64,000 nt of DNA from the NCBI RefSeq assembly GCF_009914755.1, contig NC_060938.1; one strand, written 5' to 3'. Every line of letters starts with the position of its first letter. Positions within the stretch are counted from its first letter, which is position 1. The stretch is from the human T2T-CHM13v2.0 reference genome, Homo sapiens. Made by a program: the position numbers and the translations under genes. Below, one piece after another: positions 13,837-26,716 of this stretch. The notes under the pieces are model-generated. The model was not told the origin of the DNA. It was given only the letters and a program-made list of their open reading frames with translations, and did no database searches.

Positions 13837-14822
13837 TTTATATTTTTTATTATGTAATGTTTATTATTATTATACTTTAAGTTCTGGAGTACATGTTGAG
13901 AACTTGCAGGTTTGTTACATAGGTATACATTTGCCATGGTGGTTTGCTGCACCCATCAGCCCATCATCTACATTAGGTATTTCTCATAATGCTATCCCTC
14001 CCCTAGCTCCCAACCCCCAACAGGCCCCAGTGTGTGATAATCCCCTCCTTGTGTCCATGTGTTCTCATTGTTCAACTCCCACTAATGATTGAGAACATGT
14101 GGTGTTTGGTTTTCTGTTCCTGTGCTACTTTGCTTAGAGTGATGGTTTCCAGCTTCATCCCTGTCCCTGCAAAGGACATGAACTCTTCCTTTTTTAAGGC
14201 TGCATAGTATTCCATGGTGTATATGTGCCACATCTTCTTTATCCAGTCTATCATTGATGGGCATTTGGGTTGGTTCCAGGTATTTGCTATTGTGAATAGT
14301 GCCACAATAAACATATGGGTGCATGTGTCTTTATAGTAGAATGATTTATAATCCTTTGGGTATATACCCAGTAATGGGATTGCTGGGTCAAATGGTATTT
14401 CTGGTTCTAGATCCTTGAGGAATCAACACACTGTCTCCCACAATGTTTGAACTAACTTACACTCCCACTAACAGTGTAAAAGCATTCCTCTTTTTCCACA
14501 TCCTCTCCAGCATCTGTTGTTTCCTGACTTTTTAATGATCGCCATTCTAACTGGCGTGAGATGATATCTCATTGTGGTTTTGATTTGCATTTCTCTAATG
14601 GCCAATGATGATGAGCTTTTTTTCATATGTTGTTGGCTGTATGAATGCCTTCTTTTGAGAAGTGTCTGTTCATGTCCTTCACCCACTTTTTGATGTTTTT
14701 TTTTTTTTTTGTAAATTTGCTTAAGTTCTTTGTAGGTTCTGGATATTAGTCCTTTGTCAGATAGATAGATTGCAGAAAATTTCTCCAATTCTGTAGGTTG
14801 CCTGTTAACTCTGATAATAGTT
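13837..14822 (-). mobile_element. 5'-truncated L1PA7-like element
   Basis: Antisense L1 3'UTR and ORF2 end; ORF 14072-14314 (NQPKCPSMIDWIKKMWHIYTMEYY). Confidence 0.92.
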
Positions 14823-15135
<313 letters not shown>

Positions 15136-15435
15136 TAACTCTTATATCTTAGTCAGTGCTTCTATTTCAACCCCAAACCCTGCTGGATCAAAATGTTTGA
15201 ACGTTTGCAAACAGTAGTTATGCGATGGATTACAATTGTATCCTGGTCTACAAACCTGAATTTACAATTACTAATATTAGAAAACATGCTGTTGTTGTCT
15301 ACATAGCTGTGCCAGCATTTTCTATGCATGTTTAGAAGACTGGCTTGCAGAGGATTTTAAAGAGTTATCCCTTTATTGTAGACATTGGAAACAGTTTGTC
15401 TGTTATTCGTGTATATCTCAACAGCTTAAATATAT

Positions 15436-15600
15436 CAGTGGTTCTGAAATGATAGATGAATAACTATCCTGGAGTGCTTGTAAAGATACTGATTGTTGGC
15501 CGAACATTCCAACTCAGTTAAGTATTGGATGTGACTTGGGAAACTACAGTATTAATCAGAATCTCAAGTGATTCTGATGCATGTGGCCCATGGATCACTC
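15436..15600. mobile_element. MER5A-like hAT-Charlie fossil
   Basis: cagtggttctga...cctggagtgcttgtaaagatactgatt...gtgattctgatgca. Confidence 0.6.
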
Positions 15601-18445
15601 TCTTTAATATATATATATTCTCTTTAAATATATATATATATAATTTTCTATGAACTATTTAGAATGCATAGTTAAATAAATTAAGATACTTTGGCCAAGT
15701 TCAAACAGCCATTACTGTTTTTCTCTACCTAATTTTAGTTATAATAGCTATAGCTCCAATCTTGGGTTTATTGCGCTTATATATTTTTGCACCCTTGCAT
15801 GATTTGGAATTATTGTTATTCATTCCTATGAGGTACAAATAATAGATGCTAATCTCGTATGGGTCAGAAGCAAATTTACTTGCATGTATAGTACTAGTTC
15901 TTTCAACTTACCAACACAAAATAAATCCTTTAGAGATTAAAGAGATATTGTAGACAACTTGTTTCTAATCCCTTCTTCCTAATTGAAACTAAAATCTCAT
16001 CTTATTGAAATATTTATTCATGAAACATAATCTAATCACTGGTATTGTCACTAGTAGAAAAGATAGGTCTCTTAATCTCAGTAAGAACTCTTCTCATTCA
16101 AGCAATATTTTTCAAATTTTGCTCTTCATAAGAAACACCCAGGATGCTTTTCAAAATGAGTATTCCTGGGTTCAAAATACTGCTGTAGTAAAAGAAGCAT
16201 ATAAATCTATCTTGTTAACAACCCTCAAGGGTGATTTGAATGTAAGTGGTTCAAGGCCTACATTTTGTGAAATAATGTACAATATCCTGCTAGAAGGGTT
16301 GAAGAGTTAAATAAATAAATAATTAAAAGTAGGGCCAAGTAACTAAGAGTAAAGTCATTTAGCTGGGCCCTATGACAGGCCCTAGGGCTAATACTCATAG
16401 TCCTTATGACTGAAGAAGCCCGCTGATTAGCAGTGGTGGCAAATAAGAAAATCAATCACTTATCGTGTTAGGTGATGTGGAGCACAGAGAGAGGAGCCTC
16501 CAGTAGTGAAGAGTGTCAATAAGGCCTTTAGGAAAAACATCCCAGAGAAGGTGACCCTAGTGGCAGGAGCAGAATGTGGGGAAGGTTGCCCTAGGCACCT
16601 TTGAGAGTAATTTGTGGGAAAAAATAGAACAACAATAAACCTATACCAAGAAAAATTTGCAATGAGAGAAAGCCTGACATAAGGGGTTATTATAGAAGTT
16701 AATATGTGTACTTAGCACTGATTAAAAGCATTCATTAACTACTTATCATTATTTGTACTACTTGTTTCAGCAGAGGGCTGAAAAGAGAAGAGTATCCCAT
16801 GAATGACATTGACAAGAGAAGGGGTGGGGGCTGCTGAAGCTTCAGACTGAGCAGCAAGCACAAACTTAGGGTAGGTGGTGTCTGTAACTCTCTTTTATGA
16901 ACTCACAGATAACAGGGCCAGCTTTATTCAGGGGCCTGGGCCTGAGCCTCTGAGAACATGAAATTTCAAGGAGGGATCATTAAGAGTATCAAATATTGTA
17001 GAAAGGTCAAATATGAATAAGAGCTGAGACGTCTCCTTCACATTTGGTAGTTAGTTATTCATGACATTGTTCCTAACCACCTACGTCAGAATAATTTAGG
17101 AATGCTTATACATATTCAAATCCCTGCCTTCTAATTCGGGACTATTAACTTAGAATCTCTGGGGTATGTGACTTAAGGATATCCATTAAAAAAATAAGAG
17201 ATTATTTTGTACCCTGGAACTTAAGAACCAGTAAACTAGAGAGATAGATATATTTTGCTACATGATAGGACTACAACCAACTGTAAAATTTTAAATAGTA
17301 CAGATATAAGAGGAAATGGAGATAAAACAAGTGCAAACAAGATTTGTCATTAAAGCAAGACAGGAGGATAATTAAAAAAATATGGCTGGGTCCACAGCCA
17401 AGCATCTATTGTGGGCCTGGAGTTGCAGTTGGTCAGCAGGGCCACCAATCAGGAAAATCAGCTGTACATGGAGTAGAGGAGAGTGTAAACTACCTGGAAC
17501 CCATGAAGCATCTCTGCAGCTGTTTATCATCACATCAGTCTATGAAAAGATCTTCAGGGAGTGCTGACAACTGCTTCACTTCTGCTTTCTAAATTTTGTG
17601 AAAATTCCACAACTGACTAACCTGCACAACACAAGGAAGGGAATTCAAATTCTGCATCCATTGATCCCAGTTTAACCAAGTTGCACAGCACAATATACCC
17701 ATTACTGACATTGCCAACCACCTTCTTTACATTTATGAGTTAGAGTGGTTTCACATATCATATGAAATTGTACCTTGATAAGACATGTGAATCATAAGGG
17801 TGGTTTACCACCACTACTACTAAAAATAAGTAGCATTTATTAGCTACTTAGGATCTGCTAAGAACTGTGGAAACTGTTTACATGCAGTTTAATCTAATTT
17901 CATATGTATAGAAACATGAGAGGTGACTAACATTATTTTTCTAACATGTCTTTTTATTTAAAAAATGCTAATTTGTTAGGCCAAGGGGCGTAGCCAAACC
18001 GCCGTGCTGTTGAGAGTAGAATCAGCATTTGATGATTGACCCAAATAGTGGTGAGAAGAATGTTCAGAGTTCAGATAGGTGTTTACACTTCCTTGTCAGA
18101 GAGGACTCACTTGCATCCTTTGATGTCAGTAGATTGGTGTTTAACAGAAAAGCCAACCAGAAGGTCACAGCTTAGCAAAAAGGACTTTGAGGTATAGAAA
18201 GAGCCTCACAGGACTGTAAGACCTGATAGGAGGTGAATTTTATGCATTGGTGTTTACAGGGAAGTAAGTCTTCTAACTTCTATATTTACTATGAACCCTT
18301 TGTGTAAGAATAGAGAGGAAAGAGTGCCTACCAAGATTTAGTTATTAGAAAAAAATAAGAATAAGGGAGGATTACCTTGAATGGAATCTCATTTTCCTCC
18401 GTGAAGACATTACTCATATGTAAAGCAGCTGCTTGTGAGACTTAC

Positions 18446-18613
18446 CTCATTCTTCATTTGCCAGCATATCCTGGCAGCCCATACTTAGTTATGTATGCAT
18501 CGATAACCTAGTGATGATTTGGCAGTGATTTATTCTTCTGCACTCTGCAACCTGGTCTCACAAAGGGGAACACATATTTATAGACTTGGAGTTAGAAAAC
18601 ATGGTAAGAGTTG
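18446..18613 (-). pseudogene. Pseudo-exon C (helices B-C), 168 nt, phase 0-0
   Basis: ttttctcctgaaactag|CAA...GAG|gtaagt; QLLPCFLT / QVYKYVFPFVRPGCRVQKN / NHCQIITRLSMHT*LSMGCQD across three frames, vs CSF1 exon 4 KDPVCYLKKAFLLVQDIMEDTMRFRDN...LKSC. Confidence 0.65.
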
Positions 18614-19238
18614 CTAGTTTCAGGAGAAAAATATTAAATAATAAGATGAACTCATATAAAAATGAAATAAATAGTTTTTTTAAATGAAAAACCTCTCATA
18701 TAGGAGAGAGATAACTTGATCAATACACATTAACAACTAGAAATAGACTTATATTGGATTACAATCATCGTATTCACAGTATGAATTGCAATGTTTTCTG
18801 TTTCTTGTCCTCATCCCCCATTTCCTACTTAATAGTCTCAAGTGTTATAAACATTCAGTGTATACCCTCTGTCTCACCTTCCCTCATTCCCAGAAACATA
18901 ACTACAAAATTAAACTCTCCCTACAAGTGTTTGCAAATCATGTGTAGGTGAGACACGAGGGAGTAAAAATTATAATAAGAATTTGCTGTCATGGGAAGTT
19001 GCTAAATTTTATGAGTGATGTTGTACCTTTAACTTAAAATACTATCAAGAATAGCTAATAAAATCATATTTAAAACTGCTAAATTTCTACTACTTCCCTA
19101 GTTATAAGTGGTAACAGATGACACAGGATATTGCTTATATCAATTTTCAGTTGTCTGTGCCATCATTTTGTACATTTTTCCTTGTGACAATTTTTCTTGG
19201 TGGTATCTACTCCTGATATTAACAGGTTTGAATCTCAC

Positions 19239-19314
19239 CAGTTTGAGAATTAACTAAGTCCTTATTTAAGAACTTGGGGGTATGTTAGCATGAAATCATT
19301 TTAAAATTTTCTTT
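19239..19314 (-). pseudogene. Pseudo-exon B (short beta-strand exon)
   Basis: tag|AAAGAAAAT...AAACTG|gtgaga (alternative GT after 20 codons); KENFKMISC*HTPKFLNKDL vs CSF1 exon 3 IDSQMETSCQITFEFVDQEQL, with S8-C9, T12 and F15 at identical positions. Confidence 0.6.
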
Positions 19315-19317
19315 CTA

Positions 19318-19486
19318 GGCTGGGCAGAATGGTTCATGCCTATAATCCCAGTGCTTTGCAATGCTGAGATGGGAGGATTGCTTGAGGACAGGAGCTCAAG
19401 GTTACAGTGAGCTATGATCACACTACTGTAACATAGCCCATGCAATTAAGTGAGAACCTATCTCTGAGAAATAATGAAAAATAAAT
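19318..19486 (+). mobile_element. Old Alu monomer (FRAM/AluJ-like)
   Basis: Single monomer with gcttgaggacaggagctcaaggttacagtgagctatgatc; 15-bp TSD aaaatttYctYtcta at 19303-19317 and 19487-19501. Confidence 0.85.
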
Positions 19487-19744
19487 AAAATTTCCTCTCT
19501 AATCCAATGACATAAACAAAAAAAAGTGGCAAAAAATTATGCAATATACATTCAATCACAAAAATGATTATTTTTCTACTCTGAGAGAGTTCTTTAAAAA
19601 TTCTTTTCTGATTAGCTTCTTTCTCCTAACATGTTGGTATTGATTGATTTGAGGTATGGGCCACACAAATCAATACACAAGAAGACAAGTTGTATGTGAT
19701 GACAGTAATTCTATCCACAGGATAACTGCCAAATATCTGGGTAC

Positions 19745-19882
19745 CAATGATTGTATTTCAGCCAGCTGGTCAGCACATGATAATTTGTCAGTAAACCATT
19801 TTGCTGTCTTTGACTTCTAAAATGCTTATTTTCTTCAAAATATATATTTTGCTTATTATATCAATATTATATGTATCCAAGA
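19745..19882 (-). pseudogene. Pseudo-exon A (signal peptide and helix A-like), 138 nt, phase 0-0
   Basis: ttttctag|TCTTGGATA...CAATCATTG|gtaccc; SWIHIILI**AKYIF*RK*AF*KSKTAKWFTDKLSCADQLAEIQSL. Starts like CSF1/KITLG exon 2 (TWL/TWI) and ends like CSF1 HLQSLQRL|. Donor is weak and there are 5 stops. Confidence 0.5.
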
Positions 19883-20280
19883 CTAGAAAACTTGAAAATT
19901 TTTATTTTTTAATTTGGCATCCTTTTCTGACAATTTTTTTGTTTTTAGAAAAAAAAATGGTCTCAAATTTCTTATGCTGTCTGGTTTCCAAAATTGTTTT
20001 ATGCAAGAAGGTGCTTATGGCCAGATATAAGACTAATGACCCACTTGCTGTAATGTTTTCCAATGAAGAAATTTATGTATGTGAAGGATAAAGAAAACAA
20101 AGAAAAAAAAGAGTAACAAATTAGAAATTAGAAATTTATATAAGGGATTAACAAATGAGGGATGAGAGGTAACATTCAGATAATTTATAGAACATGTAAC
20201 TAGGTGCACTTTAGAAATGACTACCCTCCATCCAGTGCAGGAAACTCATCTGGGCATTTTCTGCCAGCACTTAACTCATT

Positions 20281-20303
20281 CCTTTGATTGACAGCATTAA
20301 TTG
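20281..20303 (+). promoter_or_regulatory. Overlapping TCF/LEF (CCTTTGAT), PBX-MEIS/PREP (TGATTGACAG) and homeodomain (TAATTG) motifs
   Basis: cctttgattgacagcattaattg in repeat-free sequence; motif match only. Confidence 0.35.
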
Positions 20304-22185
20304 TTAAGCAGTGAAACACATTTTATATGGGTACGAAATTATAATTATCATAGTTACAGCAAAAGTATCATAATAAGACAGACGTATTTGGGATTTTCAG
20401 CTCACGAACAAGTAAACTTTACTATAATAGTATCCTGTTTAGGTTTGTGTCTCTTACTGCTCTGACATTTTTAACATAAATATATAATCTCTTATTTCAA
20501 AAGCTACTACTAGGATAAAGTTAAAACTCCATACGTAGAGGAAAACTGGGCATTTTTTAAAGTGCTCACTTCAATTTTAATGTGTAGACCCGATACATCT
20601 TATTCACTTAAATTATAATAACAGATATATTTAGCCATTTCTAATTATAATTTAAATCCAATTATATTACTATGTAAAATTTTATTTTTATGTCTGTTTT
20701 ATGTTCAATTATGACTGAATATTTCATCAAACTTGGGTTACTAACTTTGTTGTCAAGGAATATTTTCTGTATTTCGTGTATTAAATAGTTGTGTATTAGT
20801 GTATGAATATTTCATTTTAAACAAGACAGTTTCTTTCAGAGACCATTTCTCCTTTAAATTTTAACTAGCATTCTCTTCACATAAAAATTCATTTTACTAA
20901 CATTAAAAAGGGGCTAGAAGCAACAGAAGTCACATATTTCAAGAGTTTTAAAAATTATCTTATCTGAATTTGTCTAGGTACCTTTGAAATAAAACTGATG
21001 AGTGATGTGTTTAATCTCTACTTCTACTTTTTCTCATTTTATTGCAGCCCTGAAGAGCACTTGTGGTTACAAGACATTAGTAATTATTTGAAAGAGCTCC
21101 CCAATTAAAAAAAATCTCAAAAAATTCTAGCCTTAGTGAAAATTACTAGTATTATCCCCATTTTTCAGCAACGGAAATGGATATTTATAATGTTTAAAGT
21201 ATCCTGCACTGGGCCACACTACTCAGCAAAGATGATCCATCTTAGTGTTTAGCATTCTGGATGAATATTTCAAATCATCATGACTACTCCTGCTAAATGG
21301 CAAAATGATTCATACTATAGATTTTGCATTTTTTTCTGTAATTCCTCATGGCTATTTTTAAGTAGGAAGCATGCACATTTATGTGGAAAAATGCAAGATA
21401 GAGTTAATTTTCAATGGATAAAACATTTTATACTTGGATTTCATTCTTTTAAGGTTTCAATTTCGTGGCTAAGGCATTGTCCAACTAACAGAAATAAAAA
21501 GGCCAAGATAAAGTCTTGTTCCTGTTAAATTTTTTTGTGGAATATGAAGTTCTTTGGATGAGCTCTTCAGCCATTTCTCACTGCCCAAGAGTGACAGAAA
21601 AGAGAGATGAGAAGTGCTAGCTAGATCTAAGGAGGGAAGGCTATGCAACAGTGATAGTTAACCTAAATTGCAATAAATGGACTCTTCCTTCAATTTGACC
21701 CATATAGATTCACAATTTATTTTTGATATTTCTTTACAAGAATAAGAACATAATGATTATACAACGTTATAGAGTTTTGTAGGATTTTTATTGTATTTCT
21801 ATTTCTTATTTCACTTTTTAAAAGTCTACTTTACAGTCTTAACAATTTTATTTTAACAATTAGAGCAAAAGCTGTATTTAAGCTTTAAGAATTCGTAATA
21901 GTTCATACTTTTGGTTAAAACAAGACAAAGAATTAGTGGGTAGTCAGGATCAATGTAAGGAAAGCGATGAACTGTTAGTTTAGAGAAGAATGTTTATGGC
22001 TTCAATTTGTAATGTAGGCTATCACTCTGCTTTGTTCTTTCCTCACGCTACATTCCTGAATTTCTCATGGGTATTTTTACTGCACACACCTAGATTGTAG
22101 TCAATTCTTGATAAAACCTGAATTAAATCAATGGATTCATCCTATATTCAGCAAGGAGGATTTCTGATAAAGTTGTTATATTTTA

Positions 22186-22313
22186 GCAGTGCTGTCTAAT
22201 ACAGCAGCCATAGCCATGTTTGCTATATCTAGCACTTGAAATGTGCCTCGTGTGACTGAGGAACTGAATTGTCAGTTCACCTCCATGTGGTTAGTGGCTA
22301 ACATGCTGGACAG
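22186..22313. mobile_element. MER3/MER33-like hAT fossil
   Basis: gcagtgctgtctaata...gcacttgaaatgtg...tgtgactgaggaactgaatt...gtggcta...ggacag. Confidence 0.65.
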
Positions 22314-24049
22314 GGAAATGTGTAGCTCTAGTGCTCAGAAGAGGCTGCTGGTGTCCACGCTCCTGCCCCTTTCCTGAATCTATAGATTGCTAGTTCTTTG
22401 GTAAGACTCATCAATCCCTGCCTCATTGATGAATTTAAACATTCCTTTTTCCCTAGTGTCAGCCTATCCTGAATGGGTAGACCTCTATCTATAAAATTCT
22501 TTGATTAGCCAGTATCTGTTAATGGGCCTGTAGCTTTGGAATGCTGGTGGCCTGTCTGTCTGCCTTCTCTTTTAATTAAGATTGGATCCTATTCTTCCCA
22601 ATGCTGAATCACACTGACAACTACTGAGCATGGCTTCTGACAGTTTATACCTATTTATAATTAGTTATTTGTGATTCTTGAACATACAAGTATTTTTCAG
22701 TGTGCAATGGCATCTTGACTGTGCTCCTTAGGAGATCCCTGCATACCAAACCTGGTGATGAAGTTACTATTCTTCATTTTGTTATTGCACAGCTGGGTCA
22801 AGACTGGCTGTAGAACTTTGGGAAGGTCGAACCTTGTGCTTCAGCTCTCTCACTTATAAAGTGGAGGCAATAACAGTATCTTGCTTGTTTGGTCACTTGA
22901 GAAATAAATGTTAATATAAGGGAGGTGCTTAGAATAGCATATAGTGATTGCTGTGTAGATATAGCCATTAATAACAATATTACTGCAGTTTGCATCAGTA
23001 CATCACATCCCATCAAAACTATTTGATTATTTTCACTTAACTCTTCACATTTATTATGTGTCTGAGTATCACAAAATAAGCCTCTTTTATATTTATTTTT
23101 ATAATCTAGATTGAAAATTTTGTAGGAAGAATTAGGAAAGAGATCATATTTATATATTCAATTTCAGGAACTTGAAATTTGCTTTCAATACTCAATTTTT
23201 ATCCCAAGCTCCCTACTTTATAACCTTGGACAATCACACATATCTATGCATTCTTTTTTTTTCTCCTTCACTCATGTTGTATCACCCCTCCTATCCCACA
23301 TTACTACGTAGTCAAATAAAAAATCCTGGGTCAGCAAAATCCTCTTAGGAAGCAGTTTCAAACAACATCTGCTGTTAATTACACATGCTGTTATGGGTTT
23401 TAACCATGACTCCATAAAACTTCAGAATTTTTCAGACAAAATGCTGTCCCCAAGACTGCTTTTCACATCAGCTTATGTGAGAATACATTTTCTTTATGTA
23501 ATTCCCCATCTGTATTAGAATTAGTAAGTCTCAGATTTGAAATAAGTTTTTTATAATTGATGTTTTCACCAGTTACCAAGCAGCATTTTTGTAATAATTG
23601 GATATCCTGAAGAATAATGAAGCCAAGAACCCCATGAGCTTATCTTCATTCAGTACTATGGATTTTATCTGTTGAACGTAGCTCTGACTTTTATTCTTCT
23701 AAAAATTCGATTTATATATAAATATAAATGTGCATGCACATACACCTTGGTAATTGCTTATGTACTTAAGCAATTATGATCTATATAAAGAAGAGAAAAA
23801 AAGTAGAAAATCAGGATGAATAATCTTGGCAGCTATGTAATAGAAATGTGTAATTTTGTTCATGAAGTTAAGTGACTAATTTGTATATGGTGTTGTGAAA
23901 AATGGATAGCCAAATAGCAAAACAAAAGGATCTATAGCTGAAACCATAAACCAATGTGAAGAGGTAAAACATTTATATGTAAAATATGAAGCCTTACTAA
24001 TATAAGAGGAAAACATGAGGACATTTATAATCTTGCAGTTGTATAACTG

Positions 24050-25057
24050 CAACTCCAAAACTGGAACCCATACAAATCAGTTAGAAATAATCTGTCCAGA
24101 AAAAAAAAATTAAAGGAAAGATGAAAAATTATTTGCAATTAATAACACAGAAAGGGAAAATATGACTAAGATTTTCTAGAAGTCAAAAACAAAACAAAGT
24201 TTAAACCAATACAAAAAAGACAGATATTTAATACAAGAAAATGTAAAATAGTTATTTCATATAGAAAATTATATCTAACATTAGAATCCTATTAGAAATT
24301 CAAATTAAAGCAACAATGATTGAACTTTTTTTTTGAACTGTTTTTCTGTCTGTTGGATTGATAAGCATCTGTAAGCTTAACACATACTATTGGCATGGTT
24401 GTCGCTTGTGGGAATGTAAGCAATACATTCCACATGTAGGACAATTTTGAAAGAAGTATAATTAGTGAAACAATGTACACACTTTGACCCAGCCAGTTCT
24501 TACTGTAGGAATTTATTGCAGTTCTATCGTTGCATATGCATAAAATAATATGGGCACAGAAATTTTCACTTAACATTATTTTAATATCAGAAATAATTTA
24601 AATTTCCATAGTATTTGATGGTTAAACCAATTAAAGTATGCTCATAAAATGGAATGCTCTCTGACTCTAATAATTGAAAAAAGGAGTAGAGAAATTCACT
24701 ATTTGGAAATGTGGAAAAGCATTCAAGCTATATAGTTAAATAAAAAAAATTTGCTATATTAAAGAAAAAAATAGTTAAAAATATAGTTAAAAATATAGTT
24801 AAAAAAATTTGCTATGCAGTATATAAAATATAACATAATACAAAAATGTATAATAAAATGTTTTACTATATGCACCTATATATACACATATATACACACA
24901 TACATATCTATACATTCATATATATACATGTATATATACATTCTGTGTGTGTATATATATACATTCTGTGTATATATACACATTCTCTATATATATATAC
25001 ATTCTCTGTGTGTGTGTGTATATATATGTATACACACACACACACACACATACACAC

Positions 25058-25114
<57 letters not shown>

Positions 25115-25290
25115 GAAAGAACCCCTGGAAGGAAGAATATATATTATTAAAGGTGATACATGACAATTAGTTATATGAGCATAGAGATGAGATGAAAACT
25201 TTTCACTACGTAATTTGTATATGTTTTTGATTTATGACAGTTTAAATGCATTAACCTATTTAAAAATCAATAAATTGAATTATAGAATGC
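24050..25290 (+). mobile_element. Decayed L1ME-type 3' region hosting the microsatellite
   Basis: ctttgacccagccagttcttactgtaggaatttat and related L1 ORF2-end and 3'UTR motifs. Confidence 0.5.
24876..25113. repeat. Compound (TA)/(TG)/(CA) microsatellite including a pure (TA)22
   Basis: Pure TA run at 25061-25104; repeated atatatacattctgtg-like units. Confidence 0.95.
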
Positions 25291-26403
25291 TTAATTAGGA
25301 AAATATCCCTTTGAGAAATTCAAAATAAAAATTATATTTATGTAGCTTATCTTTCAAGCCACTTATAACACTATTAATTTTATTTATTATGTGTGTAGAG
25401 TGAACCTTTTGGCCTCTGAATTTAATTTTTTTGAAATTCATCTTTGGTTGTATCCAGTTGAGTTATAAAATCGTAATTCCTCACTGAAATAGGCTCAGGA
25501 TTTATCCATCATTTTTATTTCAATAGATAGCCAAATAAGACCCAGGAAAATTACTTTTGCATAATGTCAGAAAGCAAAGTACTAGGAGAAAACACACTAA
25601 ATTTTCTGTTTTTTAACTTCCAGCCATTATTCCCTTAATGATGATGAATTCTGTTACATTACACTACACTATTATTTCTTATATGTTCTATTTCACTTTT
25701 AAAAGCTTCTGTTTTATTATTTTGTAAAAACCTTGAACTGACTTTTCTTTGAGGACAACAATGTTAGCAAAATAGAATGTGAAAGTTTCAAACTAAGATA
25801 TATTAACATCTATTTTTAGAGTAACCATTAATATTTAGAATATAAAATTAATATTTAATTTTCTTCTAATTATTAGACTGCAAAAGTCATGCTTGTAAAG
25901 GAAATTTATTTTCTAATATGAGATTTCTTTGAAAATAGAATGTCTATTTGTCTACTTTACAAAGTCATGAAAAGAAATTAATATTATCAAGGCATTTTAT
26001 AGTTTAAAAAGAAATTAAGTTCTCAATATCGTAATCATCTAAGATGAGAATATGGACTTATCTTCCTAAAGTTTAAATATAATGTCAATTGCAAACTAAT
26101 AATTATCTTTAATCTAAAAGTGAAGGGCAACACACTAATATTTTCCTCTTTAAAATATTTTACCCCATTCCTAACAATTTGTTTGTTGCTCTGACATCTT
26201 TCTAGCTATTTAAGCTTGTCATCTTTATTTGTTCACTCCAGTCTCTCATCAAGCAATTAATCTTTATTTTCTTTGCAGTACCACTTTGAACAATTCACCT
26301 CTTTTCAAAGTGGTTAATTAAATCTTAAAATATTACTTCGTGGTATCACTTCCAAGCTCAAGAACTTCCAATAGCTCACCATTGTGTGGATGTGGAGGAG
26401 AGA

Positions 26404-26716
26404 TTTTTTTTTTTCGTTTTTTTTTTTTTTTTTTTTACGGAGTTTCCTCTTATTGCCCAGGCTGGAGTGCAATGGCACTATCTAGGCTCACTGCAACCTC
26501 TGCCTCCTGGGTTCAAGCTATTCTCCTGCCTCTCAGCCTCTAGAGTAGCTGGGATTACAGGTGTGCACCATCATGCCCGGCTAATTTTGTATTTTTAGTA
26601 GAGACAGGGTTTCACCATGTTGGCCAGGCTGGCCTTGAACTCCTGACCTCAGGTTATCCGCCCGCCTTGGCCTCCCACAGTGCTGAAATTACAGATGTGA
26701 GCCACTGCGCCCAGCC
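26404..26716 (-). mobile_element. AluSp/Sq-like
   Basis: Full dimeric Alu with a long T tail. Confidence 0.92.

Noticed and set aside
16771-16870. Possible plus-strand exon (cttgtttcag|...agg|gtaggt)
   Set aside because: Lies in L2-like sequence with no convincing coding frame; splice-like motifs at this level are common by chance
18446-19816. Resemblance of the fossil exons to TSLP (LAEIQSL vs LTEIQSL; PGC and PGY motifs)
   Set aside because: In TSLP these motifs lie in one exon, whereas here they are split across exons with another exon between. The CSF1-type model explains sizes, phases and cysteines across all exons. Kept only as a fallback hypothesis.
21352-21361. MEF2-like site CTATTTTTAA
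   Set aside because: Expected by chance in AT-rich DNA
24814-25170. Tyr/Ile/His-rich ORFs
   Set aside because: Translation of dinucleotide microsatellites
26280-26313. Good plus-strand acceptor (tttattttctttgcag|)
   Set aside because: Only a weak donor (gttaat) follows and nothing else supports an exon
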